This document shows positions 1-10,276 of a stretch of 64,000 nt of DNA, piece after piece. How positions within the stretch are numbered: the first letter of the stretch is position 1; each line of letters starts with the position of its first letter. Both the position numbers and the translations under genes were made by a program. The stretch spans positions 32,001 to 96,000 of IMG/VR virus record IMGVR_UViG_3300034073_002480, one strand, 5' to 3'. Source of the DNA: a virus. Under the pieces are notes generated by a model that saw only the letters and a program-made list of their open reading frames with translations, was not told the origin of the DNA and made no database searches.

Positions 1-2
1 CA

Positions 3-3000
3 CCCTTAAAAGGTGTGGTCGATGCTCTAGGTGCAATATCTGATAAAGCAAAAGGTGTGGAAATCGCCCAAGCTATTGGTATTGACACATCAGGTATCCA
101 AAAGTTAGAGTTGTTTCGTGCTGGTATTTTTGGTAACACCGAAGCTTTACAACAATTTCGCACAGTCTCTCAGACTGCTGGTGTTACATTCACCCTCAAC
201 TTAACAAAGTTGAACACTATTCTTAAGGCATCAAAAGAAGAGTTACGAGATGTTGGGCAAGAGGCGCGTAAACTCTCAAAAGAACTTAACGGTGCGGTAT
301 CATCTGTTGACATTTTAGCTGGTCAATATCAGATTGCTTCTGCTGGTTTTACAAAAGCTATTGATTCTAATGCAATCGCTAAAGCTGCTGGTGTTTTGTC
401 AACAGTTGGCTTCAATGATTTCTTTTCTACGGCTGATCTTGTCACGAAGTCACTAAGAGCTTATGGTTTAGAAGCAAGCAAAGCTGGTGAAGTAGCTGCT
501 AAACTTAATGCTGTTGTTGAAGTTGGTATTACTACTATACCTGAACTTGCTGCTGGATTTGGTGAAACTGCTGTTGTGGCTAATGCATTTGGTATTAGTT
601 TAGATCAACTTGGTGCTGCTATTGCGACTATTACCACACAAGGTTCTTCTACACCTGAAGCTTTGACAGGTATCGAAGCTTTATTGAGAACTTTGGCAAA
701 CCAGTCACCTCAAGCAACAGAAGCTTTAGCTAAACTTACTTTAAATGGTCAGCGCGTAAAATTTGATATTGCCACTGTGCAAGCTAAAGGTTTGGGTGGA
801 GCTTTAACTGATGTCTTTAAAGCTGCTAACGGTAATGTAGAAATTCTGCGGGAAATCATACCAGAGTCTCGTGCTTTACAAGCTGCATTGGCACTAGCAG
901 CACAAGGTGGTTCTTTGTTTGCTAAATCTCTTAATGAAATATCTCAATCGTCACCAGAAAAACTAAGCAACATTTTTGGAGAGGTACAAGAAGATCCATC
1001 GATTAAACTAAAAGCTATTGCAACAAGAGCAGAAGAACTGGTATCATCTTTATCAGGTTCTTTTGATAATCTCACAAACTCTGCATTAGGATCTTTAGCT
1101 AACTTTGTATCTGTTACAGAGAGTATAGCTAATAACCCTGTGATTCAAAAGTTAGGTGAAGGTTTTCTTTTTGTTTCTGACATTATAAGTAAACTTACTG
1201 GGGTTTTTGGTGCATTAGGTGGTGCTGGTTTATCTGTATTAGGCACTCTGATATCTTTGAACCTCACCAATACATTGTTTGGCAAAGGTTTAGCTGGTAT
1301 TGCACAACAAGGTTCGTTGTTGAAAGAATCTATATTTGGTGTTCGTAATTTTGGTTTAGCTGTACAACAACTGGTGGGTATAGATACAACTAAATCTGTT
1401 ATTACAAACCTACAAACACAAATAGAGGATCTTGAAATAAAAGGTAAGGCTCTTCGATTACTGCCGTTAGCAGATCAAGATGCTGCACAAATACAAGAAG
1501 TTGATGACAGAGTTGAAACACTAAAAAATAAGATTGTTGAACTCCAACAACAAGCTAATAAACCCACAGAGTTAGCCTTACAAGGTGTAAAAGAAGCTAT
1601 TGCTGAAGTACAAGCCCTTGACCAAGAGTTAGAAGGATTAGCAGCAAATGATCCCAAACGTGCAGATCTACTCAACAAACAAGCTGATGCTATCGGTCGC
1701 GCTGGTGAAGAAAGACTGAAGCTAGAGCAAGAGATCAACAATCAACAGAAAGCTCAAACTATAACAGCAGCAGAAGCTGAAGCCCGTAGAAGAGAAGGTT
1801 CTGATTTGTTGGCATCTTTGGGTTCTAAAGGTCAAGGTATAGCGGCATTTGATACAGCTACCCAAACCACAACACTTAAAGATATACAACAAGAGCTTGA
1901 AAAAGAAAAAGCAAAAGGTACAGCCGCAGATGCAACACGTGTAGCTAACCTAGCAGCTTCTATAAAACAACTAGATAGCGGTGTTTTAGGCGTTCTAGAC
2001 AAGAATGGGCGGTTGACGGACACTTATAGGCGACAAGAGACAATCGGGCGTACAGCCGCGCTTACAGTGGCAAAAGCGTATGATTTTTTAACAGGACGGT
2101 TGGGACGTACACGTGCAGAGCTACAAGGTATAGATGCTGCACAAAGGGCAGTGCTAAGTTCTCAAAACATAAATAACGCGGGTGCTGCATTTGGTAAGTT
2201 ATTTTCTACGTTACCAAGTTTGACTATAGGTGCTTTTAATGGTTTGTGGAAACTCACAGGAGCTACTGTTCGATTTGGTGCGGATTTATTGTCACAGTTT
2301 CTTAACCCGTTGACATTAGGGCTTGCAGCTATTAGTCTAGCTTCATCAGCTTTCGATGCTTACAACAAAGGTCTGGCATTTCAACAATCAGTCACAGAGA
2401 AGTTAGCTGAAGCACAAAACAGAAGAACAGAGGCTATACGAGACACCACAAAAGCATTAGAAGATCAAGCTCGTGTACAGAAACTAGTTGCAAGTGGTTT
2501 CACAGAAAAACAAGCTACAAAGATAGTTGATGAAGATAACAAACGTGCAGAATTACGTGCTGGTTTGGAGTCTGGTGTATCAGCAGAAAGACAGTCTAGA
2601 ATATCAAAACAGTTAGCGACAAATGACCTTCGTAGTGCTGATGTGTTTTTAAGAGAAGAAACACTAAAAACATCAGCTAATAGGTTGGGGTTGGGTACAG
2701 ACAACGGTGAAGCTGTTGGTAAAACAACTGCACGTAACATCACAACCGCTTTGCTGACAGGTGGTGGTGCTATTGCTGTTGGTACAGCTTATGGTGGGGC
2801 TATTGCATCAGCTTTTGCCGCAGCAGGTACTGTTGTAGCGCCAGGTATCGGTACTATTATTGGTGGTGCTATAGGTGCGATAGCTGGTCTTGCTATAGCT
2901 GAAGCTGTAAGAAAAGCTCAAGGTGAAGCTGAGTCACAAGCTATTATTGCAGAAGCATCGGCACGTAAACGTCTAGAACTTGAGCAGAAATTCAAGCCAA

Positions 3001-6000
3001 ATGAAGCTGCAACAGCCCAAGAACGGACAGCAAGACAAGCTCGTGTTGACCAAGGTGTATCTTTATTTGAAGCACAAGCAAAGGCATTGCAAAGCCAAGC
3101 AGGTGCAGATGCTAACGTAATCGAACAACTTAAAAATAAAACGACTGGGTTTTTAGCTGGTCAAGGTGAAGTTGCAAAACAAATACAAAATGTAATAACT
3201 GCTAATAACAAGTTAATAGAAGATGTTAATACAAGCTTAGAAAAAAATCAAATACCAGAATCTCTGTTCAATGATGCAGATCTCACTAACAAAGTCAACA
3301 GTTTGTTAAAAGGTTCTTCAACTATTGATAACAATGCTTTAATACAAGTTGAAGCTAGACTGGAAGCTGAGAAAAAAGCACTACAAGACCAGAAACAAGC
3401 TGCACAACAGTTTTTAGATAAAGCTACAGAGGATGGTGACAAAGCGGCAATACAAGTAGCAAAATCCCAAGTTGAGAAACTGGTAGCACAAGAATCTGAG
3501 TTTGACAGAATCAGAAGAAACATAGATAAAAAAGTAAAAATAGCTAACACGCAGATCCAAAATGCTTTTGCCTTAGGGCAAGGTGCTGCTGAGTTGGTTA
3601 AAACTGACGAGATTAAATCTATAACAAGTGCTTTACAGGATTTCAACAAAGCTATTTCTTCTACGGCTACTGATGAAGATATAAACAAGCTGCCTAGTTT
3701 AGTACAAAGCTTAGGTTCTAGTTTTGAGCAATTGTCAGCTATCAGTACAGAAGATACTTTAGGCGCACTTGCTGAAATCCAAAAATTATTGGCGAACAAA
3801 GATATAGTTAATGCTGGTAAACAGCCTGTACTTGCATTACAGAATATTGTCACACAAACAACTCGTTCTGTAGCACAAAGACAGGTGGTGTTAGCTGAGA
3901 ATGCTGTACGTAGAATACAAGGGTTAGCAAATGCACAAGATGCATCTACAGCACGTGCAGGTCAAGAAGCACAGACACAAGCAGAGTTAAAAGTTATCGA
4001 GGCAAGAATACAAGCTGCTGAGAAAGAAGTTGCTATTGCCCAAGGTGCTAACCAAAAAGAAGTTGCAGCTAATGAACTAGCACTTGCACAACAAGAAAAG
4101 AAAAACAAACTTGCTGAACAGAAAGCACAGACAGAACTTAATGCAGCTAACCTAGTTTTTGAACGTCAGAAAGCTATATTTGACCTTGAGAAAGCACGGT
4201 TGGATCTCACAAGAACTGACCTTGAGTTAAAAAAACAAGTATTTGAAAAGTTTGGATTAGCCACAGAGTCCACTGACGTTGAGATAGCACGTAATCGTCT
4301 GGCACAGTTGGAGTCTGATGCTGGTAAACAAAGACTTGAGCTTGCTAAAGAACGTGCAGACCTGTTGCGTGTACAACAAGAAGGGTTGGCAAAGCAAAGA
4401 GCAGCACAGGAAACATTAGTGTCCACTGCTGTACAAAAGACAAACATAGAAAGAAAAGAGTTTGACCCCAAACAGTTTGCTGATGCTCGTGCGTCTATAA
4501 CAAAACAAGAACAAGAATCTATAGCTAAAGCCAGACAAAATACAACAAGTGGGATATCACCTGATGCTATAAAAGCTTCAACTGAAGGTGTAAATAGTAA
4601 TTATGCTGATGTAAGAAAAGCCTCACAATTTACACTTGATAAAGTAAAGAAAGCTGAAGAAGCTGCGGAACAAAAAGTAACAGCCATACGTAAACAAGCT
4701 GCTGCTGAACGTCAAAAAATTGATCTTGCGGAGTACAACGCACGATTAGATTTCAGTGATAAACAAGCAAAAGAAGAAAATGCACGTACAAACAAAAAAA
4801 GTTCTACAGCACAGAAATTAGGTGAGGGTAAAATCGTAGTAACTGTACGTGATAACCGTGTACAGCAAGAGCAATCTGAAGAACTGAAAAGACTAGATGA
4901 ACGCAACAAACTAATAGACGAAGGTTTAAAAAAGAAAAAAGCAGAAGCACAGTTACAAATTGACATCGCGGAAGCTTATGATGGTGTGCTAAATCCTCTT
5001 GACCGTCAATCAAAGAAATTAGTGGAGGTCAACACTAATACTACACAAGTATTGGCGGCGTTACAACAGATTAACCCTTTGTATGTATCACAAGAAGCTT
5101 TATTAGGTGGAATACAGTCTAGCGCTGGTTTACAAATACTTAATGCCAAGCGTACTCTTGACGTAGAAAAGCAAAAGCTAGATGTGCAAGAAAAACTGTT
5201 GAAGAAAAACGGTTTGTTAACAGCCGAAGCTAAAAAGCAAATTGATGACCAGAGGCAATTAATACAAACACAGTTCCAACAAGAAGTTGTGAGCATCCAA
5301 TTTGAAGCGCGACAAGCAAGTATTGATGCGTTTGCACGTAAAATAGCTGTTGGTATAGAACAGAAGATCAAAGGTTTGGACATCACACGTAATGCTTTAG
5401 GTGTGTTTGCTGAATCATTTGAAGACTCTGACAGTAAAGAAGCTGTTGATGCTAGAAAACAAGCTGCTGCCATTGGTATAGATATTGCTACAAGACAAGC
5501 TGCTCTTGCAGAACAGACACTAAAAATAGAGCAAGAAAAGACACTTAACCAGCTTAAACAAAATGATTTGCAGTTGCAGTTCCTTGACATCCAACTGAAG
5601 ATCCAAGGCACACAAACCAAAGATAAGGATCTACTAGATGCTATAACAAGCGCACGAGGTTCAATATCTGGTTTGAGGGCAAACATTGGTGCGGAAATAC
5701 AAAATGCACCTGCACGTTTTGCTGAAGAGCAGAAACTACAAAGACAACAATCTGTGTTAGATGTTTCTTCTACGGCTCTGAGATTCCAGTCACAGTTTGG
5801 AAAACCAGATGAACTCAAAAAAGCACAGGAAGAATTTAAACGTGTTAATAATTTGAACCTAAATCGTCCTGTGGGTAATACAGGTGTTAATAATGCTGTG
5901 CAAGTTCTACAGGAGCGTAGTACACAACAACAAGAACAGTTTACACAAGCTTTTGGTTCTGGTATTCAAAGACAACCTGTACAGCAAACACCTATACGTC

Positions 6001-6146
6001 GCCAAGCCGATGGCTCTATAACCAACCAACCACCAAATTATACGGTGAACATCAACGTTGCTGGTACAAATGCAACACCACAAGAAATTGGTAAAGTAGT
6101 GCGTGAGCAGATGCTTAATACCACAAAAGAGTTGCTACGTCGGTAG
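3..6146 (+). CDS. Tail tape measure protein (TP901-like core), 5'-truncated by the window edge
   Basis: ORF of more than 2040 aa, Ala/Gln/Leu-rich and helical, with a TMP core pattern (GQYQIASAG, TTIPELA, GISLDQLGAAIATIT), Gly/Ala hydrophobic stretches and a C-terminal VNINVAG. The frame is open back to the window start. Confidence 0.9.
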   Translation, partial: PLKGVVDALGAISDKAKGVEIAQAIGIDTSGIQKLELFRAGIFGNTEALQQFRTVSQTAGVTFTLNLTKLNTILKASKEELRDVGQEARKLSKELNGAVSSVDILAGQYQIASAGFTKAIDSNAIAKAAGVLSTVGFNDFFSTADLVTKSLRAYGLEASKAGEVAAKLNAVVEVGITTIPELAAGFGETAVVANAFGISLDQLGAAIATITTQGSSTPEALTGIEALLRTLANQSPQATEALAKLTLNGQRVKFDIATVQAKGLGGALTDVFKAANGNVEILREIIPESRALQAALALAAQGGSLFAKSLNEISQSSPEKLSNIFGEVQEDPSIKLKAIATRAEELVSSLSGSFDNLTNSALGSLANFVSVTESIANNPVIQKLGEGFLFVSDIISKLTGVFGALGGAGLSVLGTLISLNLTNTLFGKGLAGIAQQGSLLKESIFGVRNFGLAVQQLVGIDTTKSVITNLQTQIEDLEIKGKALRLLPLADQDAAQIQEVDDRVETLKNKIVELQQQANKPTELALQGVKEAIAEVQALDQELEGLAANDPKRADLLNKQADAIGRAGEERLKLEQEINNQQKAQTITAAEAEARRREGSDLLASLGSKGQGIAAFDTATQTTTLKDIQQELEKEKAKGTAADATRVANLAASIKQLDSGVLGVLDKNGRLTDTYRRQETIGRTAALTVAKAYDFLTGRLGRTRAELQGIDAAQRAVLSSQNINNAGAAFGKLFSTLPSLTIGAFNGLWKLTGATVRFGADLLSQFLNPLTLGLAAISLASSAFDAYNKGLAFQQSVTEKLAEAQNRRTEAIRDTTKALEDQARVQKLVASGFTEKQATKIVDEDNKRAELRAGLESGVSAERQSRISKQLATNDLRSADVFLREETLKTSANRLGLGTDNGEAVGKTTARNITTALLTGGGAIAVGTAYGGAIASAFAAAGTVVAPGIGTIIGGAIGAIAGLAIAEAVRKAQGEAESQAIIAEASARKRLELEQKFKPNEAATAQERTARQARVDQGVSLFEAQAKALQSQAGADANVIEQLKNKTTGFLAGQGEVAKQIQNVITANNKLIEDVNTSLEKNQIPESLFNDADLTNKVNSLLKGSSTIDNNALIQVEARLEAEKKALQDQKQAAQQFLDKATEDGDKAAIQVAKSQVEKLVAQESEFDRIRRNIDKKVKIANTQIQNAFALGQGAAELVKTDEIKSITSALQDFNKAISSTATDEDINKLPSLVQSLGSSFEQLSAISTEDTLGALAEIQKLLANKDIVNAGKQPVLALQNIVTQTTRSVAQRQVVLAENAVRRIQGLANAQDASTARAGQEAQTQAELKVIEARIQAAEKEVAIAQGANQKEVAANELALAQQEKKNKLAEQKAQTELNAANLVFERQKAIFDLEKARLDLTRTDLELKKQVFEKFGLATESTDVEIARNRLAQLESDAGKQRLELAKERADLLRVQQEGLAKQRAAQETLVSTAVQKTNIERKEFDPKQFADARASITKQEQESIAKARQNTTSGISPDAIKASTEGVNSNYADVRKASQFTLDKVKKAEEAAEQKVTAIRKQAAAERQKIDLAEYNARLDFSDKQAKEENARTNKKSSTAQKLGEGKIVVTVRDNRVQQEQSEELKRLDERNKLIDEGLKKKKAEAQLQIDIAEAYDGVLNPLDRQSKKLVEVNTNTTQVLAALQQINPLYVSQEALLGGIQSSAGLQILNAKRTLDVEKQKLDVQEKLLKKNGLLTAEAKKQIDDQRQLIQTQFQQEVVSIQFEARQASIDAFARKIAVGIEQKIKGLDITRNALGVFAESFEDSDSKEAVDARKQAAAIGIDIATRQAALAEQTLKIEQEKTLNQLKQNDLQLQFLDIQLKIQGTQTKDKDLLDAITSARGSISGLRANIGAEIQNAPARFAEEQKLQRQQSVLDVSSTALRFQSQFGKPDELKKAQEEFKRVNNLNLNRPVGNTGVNNAVQVLQERSTQQQEQFTQAFGSGIQRQPVQQTPIRRQADGSITNQPPNYTVNINVAGTNATPQEIGKVVREQMLNTTKELLRR

Positions 6147-6205
6147 TACACAAAACTTGCCGTCATGGTAAGATTATAATAGTAGAATAAAAAGGAAAAA
6201 CACAC

Positions 6206-6583
6206 ATGGCAATTTCGCTAGTATTTGATAAGTTTGGTACTCACCCTATTGATCCAGGTGATATAACCCAAAATAACGAATCTGTATATACTCTTAGAGC
6301 GCCCTCTGGAGATTATTTAACAGATCTCAATTTCGCACGGATCACTCAGCAGGTATCTTTAAAAGGTGTTCCTGCCGCATTAGCTGATACAATCGAAGGA
6401 TATCTTAGTGACTATGCAACGTCTGTTGTTACTGGTGCATTACCAACACCAAATGTCACCCTCGATGGTAAATCTTATGCTGTTAAAACTGTAGAAAAAG
6501 GTTCTAGTATCACAGTAAACTCGGCAAAAGTTTATCCAAATCTCACATTTACCTGCATCTCCAATGAGCTTACTATTGTATAA
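6206..6583 (+). CDS. Putative tail protein downstream of TMP
   Basis: 125 aa ORF with upstream AAGGA Shine-Dalgarno; position directly after TMP. Confidence 0.55.
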   Translation: MAISLVFDKFGTHPIDPGDITQNNESVYTLRAPSGDYLTDLNFARITQQVSLKGVPAALADTIEGYLSDYATSVVTGALPTPNVTLDGKSYAVKTVEKGSSITVNSAKVYPNLTFTCISNELTIV

Positions 6584-6622
6584 TTAAAGCTTATATAGTA
6601 AACCTTGTTTTATACCCTTACT

Positions 6623-6633
6623 TGTGCTATATT
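6623..6633 (+). promoter_or_regulatory. Extended -10 promoter (TGTGCTATATT) inside a 9 bp inverted repeat
   Basis: TGnTATAAT-like element; arms ATACCCTTA 6612-6620 and TAAGGGTAT 6649-6657. Confidence 0.55.
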
Positions 6634-6662
6634 ATGTTTATAGCTCATTAAGGGTATTTTTC

Positions 6663-7799
6663 ATGGTTGGTTACGATTTAGTTTGGTCAGATGCAGAGAT
6701 TGCTTTGCTGGAGACAACAGTTGGTCTGACTAATGATCAAAGCTTACAAGTTTTAGTGGACAGTGGTTTTACAGATAAAAATATTTATGGTGTAAAACGC
6801 AAACGCGCTAAGATGGGTATTACTAATAATAATAAGTGGTCTGTTGAAGATATTGCTTTACTTGAAGCAAATTATCAGGGTATGACTGATGAAGAGCTTG
6901 CAGCTACATTTTTCCCTAACAGGCATTGGCATGGTGTTGCAGCTAAACGTTTGAAACTAGGCTTGCTCAAAGAAGCTCAATGGACTAATGAAGAAATTGA
7001 AATTCTGAAAGCTGAGTACCACAAAGGTATAGAACACTGTATGACTTTGTTTCCTCAGTACAGTAAAGGGTCGATTAAATGGTTGGGTAAAACACTTAAT
7101 CTATCTGTCAACACAAGAGAACTTAGGCGCAAGTATGACTATAAACGAGATTATTTTACCGAACTAACACTAGAAAACTGCTACGTAGCTGGTTTTATTG
7201 CTGCTGATGGTTGTTTACATGAGAAAAAAGAAACTTTAACTATACAGCTTCACCAGCAAGATAAGATTATCTTGGAAAGATTTAAACAGTTTTTTGGATA
7301 TACAGGTAATATTATTGACAGCACCCCTGAAGAAAAAAGAGCAGATGGTTCTACAAGAACTGCTTTAAAAACAACACTATCTCTACATGGTGTTTTACCT
7401 TGGTTTAGAGATCTTAATAAACACTTCAACATCACCCCTGCAAAAACCAAAACTCTGCAAGCACCTAACCTTTCTTCTATGGATCACAAAATTGCATTTA
7501 TTACAGGTTATATAGATGGTGATGGAACTATTTTTGAATCAGATGGTAAGTTATATTTAGGCGTACTTGGTACAGAATCAGTTGTCAAGTTTATCAAAGA
7601 AGTTTTTGATGAGATTGTGCCTATACCAGAAAACGGTAAAGGTCGTGGTTCACTTACAAATATGGAAGGTAAGTATAGTTTTCCGTTATATAAATACACT
7701 TTATCTGGTGTAAGAGCAATCGCTATATGCCAATACATCAAACAATACGATCTCCCATTTCTAGAACGTAAATGGAATAAGGTTCCTAGCCTAGAATAA
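6663..7799 (+). CDS. Free-standing double-motif LAGLIDADG homing endonuclease with three N-terminal W-x-x-x-E/D-I-x-x-L repeats
   Basis: Motifs YVAGFIAADG and FITGYIDGDG, C-terminal LERKW; repeats WSDAEIALLE, WSVEDIALLE, WTNEEIEILK; ATG at 6663 follows AAGGG. Confidence 0.85.
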   Translation: MVGYDLVWSDAEIALLETTVGLTNDQSLQVLVDSGFTDKNIYGVKRKRAKMGITNNNKWSVEDIALLEANYQGMTDEELAATFFPNRHWHGVAAKRLKLGLLKEAQWTNEEIEILKAEYHKGIEHCMTLFPQYSKGSIKWLGKTLNLSVNTRELRRKYDYKRDYFTELTLENCYVAGFIAADGCLHEKKETLTIQLHQQDKIILERFKQFFGYTGNIIDSTPEEKRADGSTRTALKTTLSLHGVLPWFRDLNKHFNITPAKTKTLQAPNLSSMDHKIAFITGYIDGDGTIFESDGKLYLGVLGTESVVKFIKEVFDEIVPIPENGKGRGSLTNMEGKYSFPLYKYTLSGVRAIAICQYIKQYDLPFLERKWNKVPSLE

Positions 7800-7833
7800 T
7801 CAATTATGTTACTATAGTAACAGAAGACATAGT

Positions 7834-7858
7834 AGCATCTCGGAAGAGGTGCTTTTTT
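7834..7858 (+). terminator. Rho-independent terminator
   Basis: AGCATCTC-GGAA-GAGGTGCT hairpin followed by a T run. Confidence 0.75.
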
Positions 7859-7868
7859 GTGTTACTAT
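7858..7868 (+). promoter_or_regulatory. Extended -10 promoter candidate (TGTGTTACTAT)
   Basis: Lies right after the terminator, 25 nt upstream of ATG 7894. Confidence 0.4.
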
Positions 7869-7893
7869 AGAGAAAGAATCGTAGAAAAGAAAA

Positions 7894-10275
7894 ATGACAA
7901 CACAGTTTGCAAGTGGTCGAGATAGCGTTTTATCATTAGCTGTATACAATACAGGTAGTGGATCTGTAATGGGCGGCAACCAAGTATATTATTGGTGGTT
8001 ACAGTGTAGGAATCGACTAGGGTACAACAACCCATCGTTACCTTTTTCACTAATAGTCCCTGATAATTGTTCATTAGGTTGCGTTATACCTAATTTATCC
8101 TACCTCGACAGTGAAGATTGGCACGAGTTCCTTGTCTACACAAGCACCACAAATGATTTCACCACATCACGACTGGTCGGTGTCTACAAAGCTCTGCAAA
8201 GCGACCAAATCACACGTACAACTCTTGGCAGTGACACACCTCTCAGCACAGACCCTAAACAACTGGTCTTCACACTCGACAACCAAATCAACTTCTCTTC
8301 TACGGTAGCTACGCCATCTGCTTTACCTGCAACACCTATCAACGGTGCAAGACGATTTGTCACAAGCTTATCGCGTACTTATCGCTATGACTCTACAAGC
8401 ACAGCTACAGCAGATGGTGACACGGTTTTAACAGCCACTACAGGTCGTTGGCTTTACAGTGCTTCCTCGAACCTTATAGAAAACCCCACAAACTTAGCAA
8501 CGGATATCAATGGTTGCAACCAAAACATAAATCTTGCAGACGAAAGCCTTGACCTGATCTATGCTGTTTATGATGTGTCAGGGAATACAGGTACTCCTAT
8601 CAGGTATTACCTCAAGTCTGCTTCTAATACAACGGTAGCCAAAGGTACACGGATATCTTTGTCTGTTCGTGTTGATGGCGTTGACCGTACTGATGATTTT
8701 TCAGGTTTGTTGGATATTACTGTGGAAGGTAAAGTATCTACAAGCAATTACAGTCTCAGCACAACTAACATGCCCTCTGCTGGCTCTGTTGTACCATACG
8801 ACCATTTTGCTCGGAATATACTACTGGAGGATGATCTCCCACCAGACACTTATTTGTTGCTGTCGATTACACCTCGTTTTGCAGCCACTGACCTTGACAC
8901 ATCTTTGACACCATCAGTAGGGCTTTCGATTTACCCTTACTTTGACTCTAATACTTCTTCTTACAATGAAACTAATTTAGCTGTCGGGGATCTCATTTTT
9001 GCTGACTCTAACAGACGTTTGGTAGTGCCTTATGGTTTGGGTGTGTTACGAGCCTTGGAAGGGTCAGGATGTGTCAACCTCTACACGTTTCGCAATGCTG
9101 GTGTAGAGGATCTTACTGTGTCTGTTGAAAATACAGCTAACCAAACAGTGAGAATCGCCCGTACAGGTGTGTGTACTGTTGGTACACAGACAACAACACA
9201 ACCTCGACGTGCTTCTTTTTCTACGGTATCACGTTATACAAAACCATCGGCGTTCAGTACACCATCTACGTTGACGACAGGGCAGACCGTCCAATATACC
9301 ATAACCATAGAAAAAAATGGCTCAAGCAACCCTATTAACCCTCTGTATGCTGACGAAGCTCTTAGGGGTGTTGATAACCAAGCGCGGTTGAACACTGACA
9401 AAGTGCAAGTAGTAATCAATGCTGGTGGTGTATATAAAGGTTTCACTGTCGTGGTTGACCCTACACAAGCAGTCATATCTGGTACGATCTCTGACTGGTC
9501 ATCAGGTACAACGCTGACGCTAGAGACTCTACAAGCACGTGTGGAAGGTTTGTTCCGTTGTGCGTCTACTGCACACACAACATCTGGTACTGGCGGTAGT
9601 ATCCCTGCTGGCGCTGTATCTGTGGCATATTCTTTCTTTTATGATGGCACATCCGTGTCTGACATCTCACACTCAACAGACGATGGTTGCATCACCACAG
9701 AGTTCTTGCAATACAAAGATACTTATAACCGTGCGCTTTATTATGCTGAACCCACACCGACTTTGACAACCCTTAAAGCATTGGTCTACCCTGCGAGAAG
9801 CAATGAACAGCAAAGGAAAGTTATAGCGAATGGTTTGTCATACACTTATAAACAAACAGATACACGCACAGCCGATGGTTTGTATGTTGTAACACCTGAC
9901 GACCTACAAGGACGGTGGGTTCATGAATATTTCCAAGTTGATCAGTCACAGATCTTCACCAAACCACAGTATGTTTTACGCAATACAGTTACTCCTTCTT
10001 CTGTCTTATCTGTCTCTCTCAGCAATGGTAATTTGGATTTTGTCTTAACCAGCAATATGTCTCTCACACTTACAGACGTACAAGACGGTGGATGTTGGGT
10101 TTTGTTCTTTGAGCAAGGTGGTACAGGTGGTTATACGGTGGCTTTTACCAATGTGGACTTCGGTATTATCGGCACACCTTTTCTTTCTACGGCGGTTGGT
10201 GCTTTGGATATTGTGACTGTTATAGCTCGTGGTTCGTCTTTGTATGGTATATTAGGATTAGGTTTTACAGCATAA
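7894..10275 (+). CDS. Tail fibre / tail structural protein
   Basis: 793 aa, Thr/Ser-rich; two tailspike-like elements (YRYDSTSTATADGDTVLTATTGRW, YTYKQTDTRTADGLYVVTPDDLQGRW); C-terminal fibre-type domain (FEQGGTGGYTVAF...LSTAVGALDIVT). Confidence 0.65.
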   Translation: MTTQFASGRDSVLSLAVYNTGSGSVMGGNQVYYWWLQCRNRLGYNNPSLPFSLIVPDNCSLGCVIPNLSYLDSEDWHEFLVYTSTTNDFTTSRLVGVYKALQSDQITRTTLGSDTPLSTDPKQLVFTLDNQINFSSTVATPSALPATPINGARRFVTSLSRTYRYDSTSTATADGDTVLTATTGRWLYSASSNLIENPTNLATDINGCNQNINLADESLDLIYAVYDVSGNTGTPIRYYLKSASNTTVAKGTRISLSVRVDGVDRTDDFSGLLDITVEGKVSTSNYSLSTTNMPSAGSVVPYDHFARNILLEDDLPPDTYLLLSITPRFAATDLDTSLTPSVGLSIYPYFDSNTSSYNETNLAVGDLIFADSNRRLVVPYGLGVLRALEGSGCVNLYTFRNAGVEDLTVSVENTANQTVRIARTGVCTVGTQTTTQPRRASFSTVSRYTKPSAFSTPSTLTTGQTVQYTITIEKNGSSNPINPLYADEALRGVDNQARLNTDKVQVVINAGGVYKGFTVVVDPTQAVISGTISDWSSGTTLTLETLQARVEGLFRCASTAHTTSGTGGSIPAGAVSVAYSFFYDGTSVSDISHSTDDGCITTEFLQYKDTYNRALYYAEPTPTLTTLKALVYPARSNEQQRKVIANGLSYTYKQTDTRTADGLYVVTPDDLQGRWVHEYFQVDQSQIFTKPQYVLRNTVTPSSVLSVSLSNGNLDFVLTSNMSLTLTDVQDGGCWVLFFEQGGTGGYTVAFTNVDFGIIGTPFLSTAVGALDIVTVIARGSSLYGILGLGFTA

Positions 10276-10276
10276 T

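Noticed and set aside
1475-5818. Long minus-strand ORFs inside the TMP gene (up to 270 aa)
   Set aside because: Antisense shadows of a biased coding strand, with Ser/Cys/Leu-rich nonsense composition
6590-7860. Group I intron or intein around the LAGLIDADG gene
   Set aside because: Flanking genes are intact, no P7 core or intein terminal motifs were seen, and the gene has its own promoter and terminator
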